Under the pieces are notes generated by a model. That model saw only the letters and a program-made list of their open reading frames with translations. It made no database searches and was not told the origin of the DNA. Below are positions 20,271-29,778 of a stretch of 64,000 bases of DNA, piece after piece. Both the position numbers and the translations under genes were made by a program. This DNA is from Gammaproteobacteria bacterium (lineage in GTDB: Bacteria; Pseudomonadota; Gammaproteobacteria; UBA4575), in the NCBI GenBank assembly GCA_963662355.1, contig OY759361.1:1865668-1929667 (forward strand), written 5' to 3'. Every line of letters begins with the position of its first letter. Within the stretch, counting starts at the first letter, position 1.

Positions 20271-21089
20271 CTACCGTGAAAAAAGCAGAATTTCACCTCT
20301 ATTGAGTTCAATCCCGTCTCCACTGTAGCGTCTGTATTTACCGTTCAGATGTTGATCCGTAATTTTATTTTCAAACCCATTTTCCTGTAGCCTGATCAAG
20401 TAAAGACGCAAAAATAAGGGCTGATATTTACACGAAAATTCAAAGCTAGGCAACATCGGGGCATCTTCAAAGCAAACAACAGTTCCCCGTATCATACCGG
20501 CACCTGCACGAACACCCATTTTGCCCATGACAATGACAGTGCCAGCCCGCATATTCACTGCTGTAAAATCTCCTGCATCCCCACCAATTGCAATCAGTCC
20601 ACGCCTCATGGAATTACCAATTTCGTTTTTAGCATCTCCATGAATAAAGATTTCCCCGCCTGTAATACCTATTGCCTGCCCTCTGAACGCGCTGCCAATC
20701 ATGTGCCCCGCATTACCCTTGACAACAATACGCCCCCCTGACATTTCAGGCCCGACCCAATCCGAGGCATTACCTTTGACCAGTATCTCCCCACCTGACA
20801 TGCCAATGCCAACATGCATGCCTACATTACCCTCAATGGTAATGCTCCCGGCGGACATGCCTGCGCCTATCATCTTTATCTTACCTAAATCGCCTTCCAG
20901 TAAAATATCGGGAACCCCCTTACCTGTGACTTTGAAAAAATCGCCTATTTTCGCCTTGATATTTCCATGCAGAACCGGCAAGTGTTCAATACCAAGCTCC
21001 GACAGCCCGGCAATTGCAACCGGACTGATTGCTTCTGCCTCCAAAGGCACATCAGGCTGAGTATGCAGGCGCAGAAATGTCGTAGTCAT
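20271..21089 (-). CDS. fhcC: formyltransferase/hydrolase complex subunit C (FwdC homologue)
   Basis: 272-aa ORF made of repeated G-x-x-G-x-x beta-helix units (GNVGMHVGIGMSGGEILVKGNA...) typical of FwdC/FhcC. Confidence 0.8.
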   Translation of the reverse strand: MTTTFLRLHTQPDVPLEAEAISPVAIAGLSELGIEHLPVLHGNIKAKIGDFFKVTGKGVPDILLEGDLGKIKMIGAGMSAGSITIEGNVGMHVGIGMSGGEILVKGNASDWVGPEMSGGRIVVKGNAGHMIGSAFRGQAIGITGGEIFIHGDAKNEIGNSMRRGLIAIGGDAGDFTAVNMRAGTVIVMGKMGVRAGAGMIRGTVVCFEDAPMLPSFEFSCKYQPLFLRLYLIRLQENGFENKITDQHLNGKYRRYSGDGIELNRGEILLFSR

Positions 21090-21113
21090 GATATCTTACT
21101 TGATATAAAAATT

Positions 21114-22013
21114 TTAAGTATTTGATTCTTTTATTATATTATGCAAATAAAACTTATACTTCCCAAGTTCACCACCATAATTTCCAGCCGTGATCATCAT
21201 GACCCCTTTTCCTGCAGCAGCATGCATACCACGGCGCATTGCCTCTTTCACAGCTTCCTCATTCAATCCATCAGCGACAATTTCATAAACAGCTTCCACA
21301 TTTTCCGGAAGAACTCCCTTGCTGGAAATCGAGCCCAAGGTTGGGCAATAAGCATCATTGGTAGATGCAATCATGGACTTGTACCGGGCACCTATTTTGC
21401 TTCCGGAACCTACCACGCCTTGTGGAAATGGCAGAAATACACCAGCAACTTCGCGCATCGCATTGCTTGCAGCAGTGGCTGCCTGTAATGCAGTATATTT
21501 GTTTGTGCCAAGAATAATCAGGTTCCCGCCCCCCACAGCTGGCTGTATCCCAAATGTATCCTCTATCAGAAACTCTCCCTCCATAACAGGAATGCGCCAG
21601 ATTCTACGGCCACCAATGACCTTACTGATCTGGTAACCATCACCAAAGAAACGTAATTTACCACCTACTGAAACAGTTTTTTCAGACTCCAGTCCGTTAT
21701 ATGCTGCGGTTGTGGGACAGGTCATTACACATTGGCCAATCCTGTCAATGAGCTGACCAGCAATAGTCTTACTACTCATTGTAAACAGCAATACGCTGAC
21801 TCCAGGACGATGATCAGGCGTGTCTTCTTTACGAATCTCACACTCTACAGCCGCCTCAAGCTTGCAACGAATAACTGAAGTAGCAAAACCTGTCATAGAT
21901 GCTGCAGCTGCACGTGCCCACTGTTTGGTATCTGCAGTAATGACTACACGGGCACCCCACATTTTAAAGGCTTCAGCAAATGTATCGACAATTTCCGTTT
22001 TTTGAATCTTCAT
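21114..22013 (-). CDS. fhcD: formylmethanofuran:tetrahydromethanopterin formyltransferase
   Basis: 299-aa ORF (MKIQKTEIVDTFAEAFKMWGARVVITA...), Ftr family; 4-nt overlap with fhcA. Confidence 0.8.
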   Translation of the reverse strand: MKIQKTEIVDTFAEAFKMWGARVVITADTKQWARAAAASMTGFATSVIRCKLEAAVECEIRKEDTPDHRPGVSVLLFTMSSKTIAGQLIDRIGQCVMTCPTTAAYNGLESEKTVSVGGKLRFFGDGYQISKVIGGRRIWRIPVMEGEFLIEDTFGIQPAVGGGNLIILGTNKYTALQAATAASNAMREVAGVFLPFPQGVVGSGSKIGARYKSMIASTNDAYCPTLGSISSKGVLPENVEAVYEIVADGLNEEAVKEAMRRGMHAAAGKGVMMITAGNYGGELGKYKFYLHNIIKESNT

Positions 22014-23707
22014 GATTTTGGATGAGTCGGAATCTCTTCATGATCATGCAGGTAATCATCACTGATCGCATAATTACTAAACCTGACTGAGTAATAGTCC
22101 TCAAAAAACGGCTCTATCTCTGCTGCAATATCTTCATTATATCCCGGTTTTGAATGTAGGATTTTACCCTTGTGATCGGTGGCAAATTCATGGTCATTGA
22201 TGACAGTGATTCCGTCTTTAATTACGTAACGGGGTGCATTGAACATTTTCTCCTTATCATCTTCTTCCGTGTAGACGGTTATATCTGCATCTGCACCTAC
22301 TCCAAGATGACCTTTATTCATCAAACCCAATGCTCTAGCCGGCCCGGCACGCGTAATGATTGCAATCTCGTTCAATGTGTACTCACGGTCGAGCTCAAGC
22401 AGTACGGTCTTATCAACTGCTTTTTGGTTCAGGTGTTTTAATGCCTCTTTTCGATATGCACTATCCATCAACAGTTTGATTAATTTCGGATAGTTCATGA
22501 AAGAGCCACCATTGGGGTGATCTGTAGACAGCAGTACTCGCCACGGATCCTTGGACATCAAAAATAACTCTAGCCCCATTGCCCATTGCAAAGTGTGTGT
22601 GTAGATACTTTCCTGATAGGAAAATGGGATGATCCCGCAACCACTTTCACACTCCGTGTCTGCATTTACCCACTTATCAAACTTAACGTTGCGTAGCATC
22701 CAAGCCAGTGGAGCATCTGCAGTCATTGCTGTCGCTTTACCAAACATGACCTGACCCACATCAGCTGTAATATTTTCATGATCATTAATGTAATCAATGA
22801 TCTCTCTGGCACCAGATACAGGATTTTTATTCAGTTCACCGCCAAAACTGTGAAACTGGATGTGAGCCATATGGACACGTCGACCCTGTGCGGCTTTCAT
22901 AGTGTCCAGCGTCGTACTGATATTCCCGCTGTGACCCAGATTGTTACAGTGGATATGGGGAGGGTGAGGCAACCCCAATTCGTGTGCAGCCTCAATAAAA
23001 CTTTCCATGACATGGACAGGTGTGATGTCGTAATGATCAATACTCTCATTCACATCCGTGATATTTGCATTTTTCCGACCTTTCCAGAGTTCGTCACTCC
23101 CGGTATTCACCAGTTTGACCGTGTATGCATGAACCGAGTTAACCCACCATGCAATTGCCTCCTTGAATTCATTTTTTCGCCCCTCTTTTAATAGCTTGTA
23201 CAAGAATGCATTATTGCCTAGTAATACATAAAAGCCTTTGTCAATCACCGGGGTGTCATCAAGTTCTTCAAGTACATGTCTTGCAGTAATCGGAGGAACT
23301 GCTGCCTCCATAGCCGTGGTATAGCCCATAGTGGCGTAACGATAACCTGTTGCAAAAGTCGAAGGTACAATACCGCCTGTCCCAGAACGGGTAACTGCAG
23401 TTTTGGGATGAACATCCAGGCGATGATCTTCTGGCATCAATTTACGGGCAAGGTTCACTTTAGGTCCTGCAATGTGGCAATGAATATCGATTGCCCCTGG
23501 CATCACTACCATTCCATGTGCATCAATCTTGGTTACAGATTTTGATACGGAATCTACGATCTTTCCATCCCTGACACAAATATCCTGTACATCTCCATTG
23601 ATATGATTGGCAGGATCGTATACACGACCGTTCACGATTTTCAATTCAGATGGCATATTCGGCAATCTCGATATATAACCACCGCCACCTGGTTTGATGG
23701 TCGGCAA
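22010..23707 (-). CDS. fhcA: formyltransferase/hydrolase complex subunit A (amidohydrolase, FwdA homologue)
   Basis: 565-aa ORF with metal-dependent amidohydrolase motifs (GAIDIHCH...). Confidence 0.8.
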   Translation of the reverse strand: MPTIKPGGGGYISRLPNMPSELKIVNGRVYDPANHINGDVQDICVRDGKIVDSVSKSVTKIDAHGMVVMPGAIDIHCHIAGPKVNLARKLMPEDHRLDVHPKTAVTRSGTGGIVPSTFATGYRYATMGYTTAMEAAVPPITARHVLEELDDTPVIDKGFYVLLGNNAFLYKLLKEGRKNEFKEAIAWWVNSVHAYTVKLVNTGSDELWKGRKNANITDVNESIDHYDITPVHVMESFIEAAHELGLPHPPHIHCNNLGHSGNISTTLDTMKAAQGRRVHMAHIQFHSFGGELNKNPVSGAREIIDYINDHENITADVGQVMFGKATAMTADAPLAWMLRNVKFDKWVNADTECESGCGIIPFSYQESIYTHTLQWAMGLELFLMSKDPWRVLLSTDHPNGGSFMNYPKLIKLLMDSAYRKEALKHLNQKAVDKTVLLELDREYTLNEIAIITRAGPARALGLMNKGHLGVGADADITVYTEEDDKEKMFNAPRYVIKDGITVINDHEFATDHKGKILHSKPGYNEDIAAEIEPFFEDYYSVRFSNYAISDDYLHDHEEIPTHPKS

Positions 23708-23720
23708 GTAATTATTAATT

Positions 23721-25079
23721 TTAAAATGCTGTCCTTGCTTTACTTCCTGTCAGCAGTCGCTTTACCCGTTGACGTATTCCTTCCAGTACTTCCTGGTCTG
23801 TCGGGAATGGTGAGTCAAATGCTGGGCGTAAGGAAATTGGCACGTCATCCATTCTGTATACCGTGCCACCTGTGTTGATCCCATAAGTCGCTACTGCAAA
23901 GCGGACTTTGGAGATCTTGGTCGTATGTGTTTCCTTTGTGTCCATGGTAATGACCGGAATCTTCGCTAAATGCTCGATGGCCCTTCTAGAAAAGTTTGAC
24001 GCAGGGTCTGATGCAATAATCATTGCAGCATCCGTTTCACCTCTGGCGAGCACATCACTTGTTGTAAATTCACCCGGATTGAATCTTGGATATCCACGAT
24101 TAAAGTTGACACCAAATGGATAACCTGTCTGCCAAGAGACAACATTGTCTGCTCCGGTTACATTGCCATGACCACGCACAGGCTTAGCAACAAAGTGTGT
24201 AAATTCATTAAGGTCGGCTGCCAAAGAATAAACAGCACCAGAATTGAAGTGGCGACCACGAGTCATTGTCAAGCCCATACCCAAAAACAAAACTCCATAT
24301 TGGCAATTTTTCATTCGGTAGACCAGATCATCGAGCATTTCTCGAGAAACACCCGTTTGCTCCTCAATGTCTTTGCTGATTCTTTTTCCTTTGACAAGTG
24401 CACGCAATGCCCATAGCACCTCAAAATCCTTCCCAGGCTTTACTTGCACAAATATATCAGCCACCGGTGTGCTGGGCGTTTTACGCACATCCACTAAAAC
24501 GACAGTACGATCTTTTTTCCCATTAGGGATATACATCCCTTTTGGAGTTACCGCATAGCGTGTGAAATGTCTAGGATGTGATTCTGCAGGATTGCCACCC
24601 CAGTAAATAACCAGGTCAGCCCGATTTCGAATTTCGCCAAGCGTAGCAGTACTTTCTCCTACACCCTGAAAGGCCATACCTGACGGACCATGACACACCG
24701 AGGTAGTGGTATCGACATTGCCATTTATAGTATCCATGATATCGACGGCTACGCGCTGTGCCTCACAGGTACAGTCACTGAGCCCATAAGTGATCGGAAA
24801 CTTAGCATCCACTAAAATTTGGGCGGCAGTATCCATGCCTTCTTCGAGAGTTGCCTCCTTGCCATCAATCAGTACTACTGGACGATCTTCCAGAACGTGT
24901 TCATAAAACCATGCACGTCCCAATACACATGCATTCTTGGCTTTGGTGATACGATGTTCATCAAGGTCAACTGTAAGCTCCATATCATCACAGACACAGC
25001 CACAAAAAGTGCAGGTTGCATCTTTTACGATCTTAATGTTCTTTTTTTCTTTAGGCTTTGACTGAATAACTTCTGGCAT
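23721..25079 (-). CDS. fhcB: formyltransferase/hydrolase complex subunit B (FwdB homologue)
   Basis: 452-aa ORF with N-terminal Cys cluster CTFCGCVCDD and molybdopterin-oxidoreductase-like fold. Confidence 0.8.
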   Translation of the reverse strand: MPEVIQSKPKEKKNIKIVKDATCTFCGCVCDDMELTVDLDEHRITKAKNACVLGRAWFYEHVLEDRPVVLIDGKEATLEEGMDTAAQILVDAKFPITYGLSDCTCEAQRVAVDIMDTINGNVDTTTSVCHGPSGMAFQGVGESTATLGEIRNRADLVIYWGGNPAESHPRHFTRYAVTPKGMYIPNGKKDRTVVLVDVRKTPSTPVADIFVQVKPGKDFEVLWALRALVKGKRISKDIEEQTGVSREMLDDLVYRMKNCQYGVLFLGMGLTMTRGRHFNSGAVYSLAADLNEFTHFVAKPVRGHGNVTGADNVVSWQTGYPFGVNFNRGYPRFNPGEFTTSDVLARGETDAAMIIASDPASNFSRRAIEHLAKIPVITMDTKETHTTKISKVRFAVATYGINTGGTVYRMDDVPISLRPAFDSPFPTDQEVLEGIRQRVKRLLTGSKARTAF

Positions 25080-25111
25080 GGTTTTTTCCTAACATAAGCT
25101 TTTGATCAGTT

Positions 25112-25450
25112 TTATACTTTAGTAACTATGACTTCCATATGCTTTGACATGGGCATACCAGAAGCTGCCGTATCAGACGCCATCAACTGACTGGATGATG
25201 GTCCATAGGGAATAAAAATCATCCCCGCCGGTAAATCTTCCTTCTTCTTGCTTTTACATGTCACAACAGCCTGCCCAACATCTGATTTCAACTGAATCTT
25301 GTCGCCATTGACCAGTTTCATCCTTTGCATGTCGCTTTCGTTCATCTCTGCCGTCGTGGTCACCGTCAGATATTCATCTTTGAGCTTGCCCTTATTCAGT
25401 GAAGTGCCCTGTTTTTGGGATCGTCCTGGCACAAGTATCATCGTTTCCAC
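25112..25450 (-). CDS. FwdD-like small subunit (molybdopterin-dinucleotide-binding-domain protein), first gene of the fhc operon
   Basis: 112-aa ORF co-linear with archaeal FwdD/FmdD (ILVPGRSQKQG...KLVNGDKIQLKSDVGQAVVTCKSKKKEDLPAGMIFIPYGP); 32 nt upstream of fhcB. Confidence 0.65.
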   Translation of the reverse strand: METMILVPGRSQKQGTSLNKGKLKDEYLTVTTTAEMNESDMQRMKLVNGDKIQLKSDVGQAVVTCKSKKKEDLPAGMIFIPYGPSSSQLMASDTAASGMPMSKHMEVIVTKV

Positions 25451-26381
25451 TGCTTACGCTTCCTTAAAATAATATAGCTACGTTTGGTTTAAGCGAGAGA
25501 AAATGGAGAAGCAGCCTAGATCTACTAACTTACAACTGCCTAATGTCCACCAAATCCTTCCTTGGGTGGTAGTGTGTACTAACTCTTCAAGTGTCAAATA
25601 TTAGCATATCTTACTGTAATTCGCGGGAATATACCTCCTTCGTCTCATCTGCTCTGCCTACTCCTGACATCATAAATGTACTCTTAACAGAGAGCTATAG
25701 CATCCAGTCATTTATTGATTCATCGGAAACAAATGTGTTTCACGCAACTCAATAAACATGGCTTATCGCTTTGCTACTACCTTGGCTAATCCCACCGTCG
25801 TCATTCAGCATCGGTAAATAGGCTTTCCCGGTAGGACATACTCCCTGAAATTGCCAAGCTGACCAGCGTTTCACCTTCAAACGATACATCAGTGATCAAA
25901 AAAACCGACAACCTTTCCCTGGCCGTTTATATTGGCAAAGGGACCTGATTCTTACATATCCAGAAAGAAAATGTCCCCATCAGCTCTTACATGAAAACTT
26001 TCCATCACAGTGCCTATCGAGGCAGCACTTGCCTGAAGACAGAACAAAAGAATTTCGGGCAAACCCACGAATACAACTGTGCAAGAACTCAGAAAATCCA
26101 AACCTATCAGGCTCATGATAATTTCCGACTTCCAGTGGTATTTGGTGGGTGTCCAGGCTCACACATTTCTACCGCAGCTTCAAACCAAATTCGGAACAAA
26201 TATTTCTCTAAATTGTGCTCAACGATTTTGAAATTCAAGTGAAAAGTGTGCCATCGAACTGACTTGAAATACACAACCACTCCCATAAAATCTGGTACTA
26301 TGCCTGCTGAAAGTAACAGACTCGAGCAGACAGCAAGCTGCAACTTGCCAGAGCCAGATTATCAATTAGGAGAATTCTACT

Positions 26382-26654
26382 ATGCCAAAATATATGATTG
26401 AACGTGAAATCCCTGGAGCTGGTGACCTACAGGCTGATGATCTAAAGGGAATTTCCCAAAAATCATGCAACATCTTAAAAGAAATGGGTCCCCAGATTCA
26501 GTGGATAGAAAGCTTTGTAACAGACGACAAGATCTATTGTACTTACATAGCACCAAATGAAGACGAAATCCGAAAGCATGCAGAAGAAGGTGGATTTCCA
26601 GCCAACAAGATTGTAGAAATCAAAACGGTTATAAGCCCCACTACAGCAGAATAA
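26382..26654 (+). CDS. DUF4242-like small protein (90 aa)
   Basis: ORF with a good RBS (aggagaattctactATG) and conserved-looking sequence; function unknown. Confidence 0.5.
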   Translation: MPKYMIEREIPGAGDLQADDLKGISQKSCNILKEMGPQIQWIESFVTDDKIYCTYIAPNEDEIRKHAEEGGFPANKIVEIKTVISPTTAE

Positions 26655-26728
26655 CGCGCATTCCAAGTTAACAATCTAATCAGTATTTCTGTCAGCCTCT
26701 GTTCAGAAAGGCTGATGGAAGTACTTGA

Positions 26729-27358
26729 TTATCCGGGCTTTGAGAAAAACTGGCCCAGCGTGCTTTCATACAGCCAGCCAAAGGATTTCTTAAACTGCTC
26801 AAGAAGATATTCTGAGGGTGTTTGCGGCTTAACCTTCACCATTTGCGGATGGCCGGATAGTAAGCCTATTAAAAACTTTGTCATTGCAGGTGAATCCCAC
26901 TTGCGCTCCCCTACTGCCTTATAGATAAGCCTGCCCTCTGGATTTACCAAGAATGTCGTAGGCAAACCCAGTACCCCCCAGTTTGCAAGACCCATATCCT
27001 GGTCAATCAGAATCGTAAATTCGACTGGCACTTGATCTAAAAACTTTTCCACACCACTCAGGCTTGGCCCTACATGTATGCCAATCACTTCAAGACCGTT
27101 ACTGCGCATCCTGCTGTGCAAATTATCTAGGGCCGGCATCTCGTTTCTACAGGGCGCACACCATGTAGCCCAAAAGTTAAGCAATACAAATTTTCCCTGG
27201 AAATCATTCAGACTGATACTTGCCCCGTTTACAGCATCCAGCCTGAAACCTTCTGCCTCAGGCTTGCCTGCTATCGGCTCCATGGGTGCTCGAGCCAATA
27301 CCCCGTAAGCAAACAAATACATAAACAAAAACAGACACCAACCCAGTATTTTAATCAT
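26729..27358 (-). CDS. periplasmic thiol:disulfide oxidoreductase, TlpA/ResA-like thioredoxin
   Basis: 209-aa ORF with N-terminal signal/anchor, WCAPC active site, TlpA-like fold and about 40-aa C-terminal extension. Confidence 0.75.
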   Translation of the reverse strand: MIKILGWCLFLFMYLFAYGVLARAPMEPIAGKPEAEGFRLDAVNGASISLNDFQGKFVLLNFWATWCAPCRNEMPALDNLHSRMRSNGLEVIGIHVGPSLSGVEKFLDQVPVEFTILIDQDMGLANWGVLGLPTTFLVNPEGRLIYKAVGERKWDSPAMTKFLIGLLSGHPQMVKVKPQTPSEYLLEQFKKSFGWLYESTLGQFFSKPG

Positions 27359-27582
27359 TGTTAGGTTATCTTACTTGCATATGCACTGATAAAACGTTGC
27401 TAAAAACTGACTCACAATGAATCTGCTTTCACATTTTCATGAATTTCCTTTACTTCCTGTACTCCGACATGACACGCATCGTAAGGCATACTGAAAACCA
27501 GTTGTATGAATTCTTCAACAAAATATTTGCATGGAAATCATCGCTGGTCCAAGACATCCTGCCAATCTTTGGCTCGTGCGTA

Positions 27583-28932
27583 TTAAAATTCTAGCTTATT
27601 CTCGTGGGCCCAATTGGGGTCGTCAGCACTGATATCACCTATAGGCGCAGCAAATGCATCTTCTACCAAAATACTGACGTTACCACCAGTTAGAGACTTC
27701 AAGAAAGCAGCCAGATCATCGATCTCAGTATCAGTCAGGTTCAGCGGCCGTATCAGGGGACTGAGTAATTCGTTGGGTATTCCGCCCTGATTATAAAATT
27801 CAATGACGTCACGCAAGGTCAACAGAGAGCCATTGTGCATGTATGGAGCTGTCAATGCGACATTCCGTAAAGAGGGTGTGCGGTATTTCCATCGGTCATT
27901 CGGATCTTCTGTAACTTCATACAAGCCTAGATCATTTTCTCTGGGTCTTGAAACAGACTTGATGACACTTGTGTCCAGTTCCGTATACACACCAGGTGCC
28001 AGCTGCACCCTTGTGGTTTCAGGCTCTACACCCATCGAGTCCTCAAAACCCACCCCTGTATTATGTAGCTGGTCGTCACTGAACAAAGCAAATCCTTCTT
28101 GAATCTGATGACAGACACTGCAGGAACCCTTGCCTGCAAACACCTTGAATCCACGCTTGACCTGTTCGCTGACTGCATCTTCGTCTTTGCCGTAATACCA
28201 AAGATCAAAGGGCGAATTAGCTGCATTCAAGGTTCGCTGGTAGCTAGCAAGTGCCATGCCGATCGTTTCCATGGTCGGACCTCGACCTTCAAAAGCTCCT
28301 TCAAACAAATTGTCATATTCGCGGATAGCCATGATTTTGTTAATGACATAACCAATGGATGGATTAGCCATCTCATTTCGTGCCAACAACGGAGACCAGA
28401 CCTGTTGCTCCAGAGTAGATTCACGCCCATCATGAAAAATCTTTTCCAAATATGCAGAATTAAAAACGGTAGGCGTGTTACGTTTTACAGTACGCCCTTC
28501 AACGCCAACGGCAGTCTTAATTTCATTGTTGGCAAATCCTTGCTCAGGGATATGGCATATAGCACAAGAAAATGTGTCATTGATTGACAGGCGACGGTCA
28601 AAAAAAAGCTTTCTTCCTAGCTGTATCTTCTTGGTAGTAACAGGATTATCGGCTGGAACAGGAACAGGAGGTAACCCTAACGGGGGGCTACTGACAAAAT
28701 CGATCAGTCTAGCTTCCTTTCCTATGCGCTGTTGTAAATCCAAAGAATTCGTTTGGTAATCAGCAGACTCATAACCCTCCTTGTTATCTCCCGGGCCAAA
28801 CACTGCATGGTTCGTGCTCTCAACCAAGTCTGCGGTGAAACCCCTTAAGGCATACAGTACAAGAGCCAAGATGATAGCACTGAAAATAATCGGGACTTTT
28901 ATATTCTTAATTGATCTATTTATGAAATGCAT
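27583..28932 (-). CDS. mauG: di-haem cytochrome c peroxidase family protein (MauG-like)
   Basis: 449-aa ORF with N-terminal TM helix and two CxxCH haem motifs (CAICH, CSVCH). The start overlaps the stop of the upstream SCO1 gene (ATGA). Confidence 0.7.
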   Translation of the reverse strand: MHFINRSIKNIKVPIIFSAIILALVLYALRGFTADLVESTNHAVFGPGDNKEGYESADYQTNSLDLQQRIGKEARLIDFVSSPPLGLPPVPVPADNPVTTKKIQLGRKLFFDRRLSINDTFSCAICHIPEQGFANNEIKTAVGVEGRTVKRNTPTVFNSAYLEKIFHDGRESTLEQQVWSPLLARNEMANPSIGYVINKIMAIREYDNLFEGAFEGRGPTMETIGMALASYQRTLNAANSPFDLWYYGKDEDAVSEQVKRGFKVFAGKGSCSVCHQIQEGFALFSDDQLHNTGVGFEDSMGVEPETTRVQLAPGVYTELDTSVIKSVSRPRENDLGLYEVTEDPNDRWKYRTPSLRNVALTAPYMHNGSLLTLRDVIEFYNQGGIPNELLSPLIRPLNLTDTEIDDLAAFLKSLTGGNVSILVEDAFAAPIGDISADDPNWAHENKLEF

Positions 28933-29678
28933 TATGAATCTATTCGGCCAGGCAATACTCCTTCCTCAATAAGAAGTGTTTTAATGTCGACAGTGACCAA
29001 TTGATCATGTAAAAACGAAACACTGTATTCCTGTCGAATATTTTTCGACCTGTCAATCAGGAAGGCACGCAAAACATGCGCCATAGTCCCCTTGTATTTC
29101 CCGCTTTCATCATACTCCTTGATCACCATCTGCCCGTATTGCCTGATAATCGGCCCTAACGTCTCCTCGGAAGCAGTGGTTAAAAATAACCATTGCGGAT
29201 CTCCATCCTCAAACCCTTCGCCATACAGTCTCATGACTTCAGGAGTATCGTGTTCAGGATCAAAGCTTACACTGATCAACCGGATCGTTTTCGCAAGCTC
29301 CGGGTCATCCTTGAAACGTTCCTTGACTTTATAGAATACAGCAGTCGCCAATGGACAGCCGTTGAAATCTGTGCAACTGCTATAGATGAATGTGAGAAGT
29401 ACGATTTTGTCTCCCATCAACTCACCTAGCTCCAGTTCTTTTCCATCCGGGCCCAAAACAGACCCACCTCCTGCAACGCCTACCCTCGGCAGAGCATATG
29501 ACCCCGGCTTAGGCACTTCATAGGGTAAACTGGCCTTCCAGCCATCTGCCATGATCCTGACTTCTGCACGCGCTGCATGTGAACCCGAGAGATATGAATC
29601 GCGATCAGTATCGCGGTCACAGCCGGGTCCAGCTAGCAGGACACCGCACAACACCAAACCTGTGAAAAATTTTTTCAT
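28932..29678 (-). CDS. SCO1/SenC-family copper chaperone
   Basis: 248-aa lipoprotein-like ORF (signal peptide + LAGPGC), thioredoxin fold with a Cys pair CTDFNGCP in place of the canonical CxxxC, conserved distal His. Confidence 0.7.
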   Translation of the reverse strand: MKKFFTGLVLCGVLLAGPGCDRDTDRDSYLSGSHAARAEVRIMADGWKASLPYEVPKPGSYALPRVGVAGGGSVLGPDGKELELGELMGDKIVLLTFIYSSCTDFNGCPLATAVFYKVKERFKDDPELAKTIRLISVSFDPEHDTPEVMRLYGEGFEDGDPQWLFLTTASEETLGPIIRQYGQMVIKEYDESGKYKGTMAHVLRAFLIDRSKNIRQEYSVSFLHDQLVTVDIKTLLIEEGVLPGRIDS

Positions 29679-29778
29679 CTACAACAACTACTCCAGAAAC
29701 GACAAGGCCGCCTCACAGGCGGCCTTGTTCCAGTTCTAATTCTGGCTGATGATTACATCATTGTAAACAAGCCGCTTT

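Noticed and set aside
26300-26381. Sigma-54 (-24/-12) promoter upstream of the DUF4242 gene (ctGGtactatgccTGCtg)
   Set aside because: GG/GC spacing is 10 nt rather than 9-10 with correct flanks, and the TGGCAC/TTGCA consensus is poorly matched. There is no EBP gene nearby.
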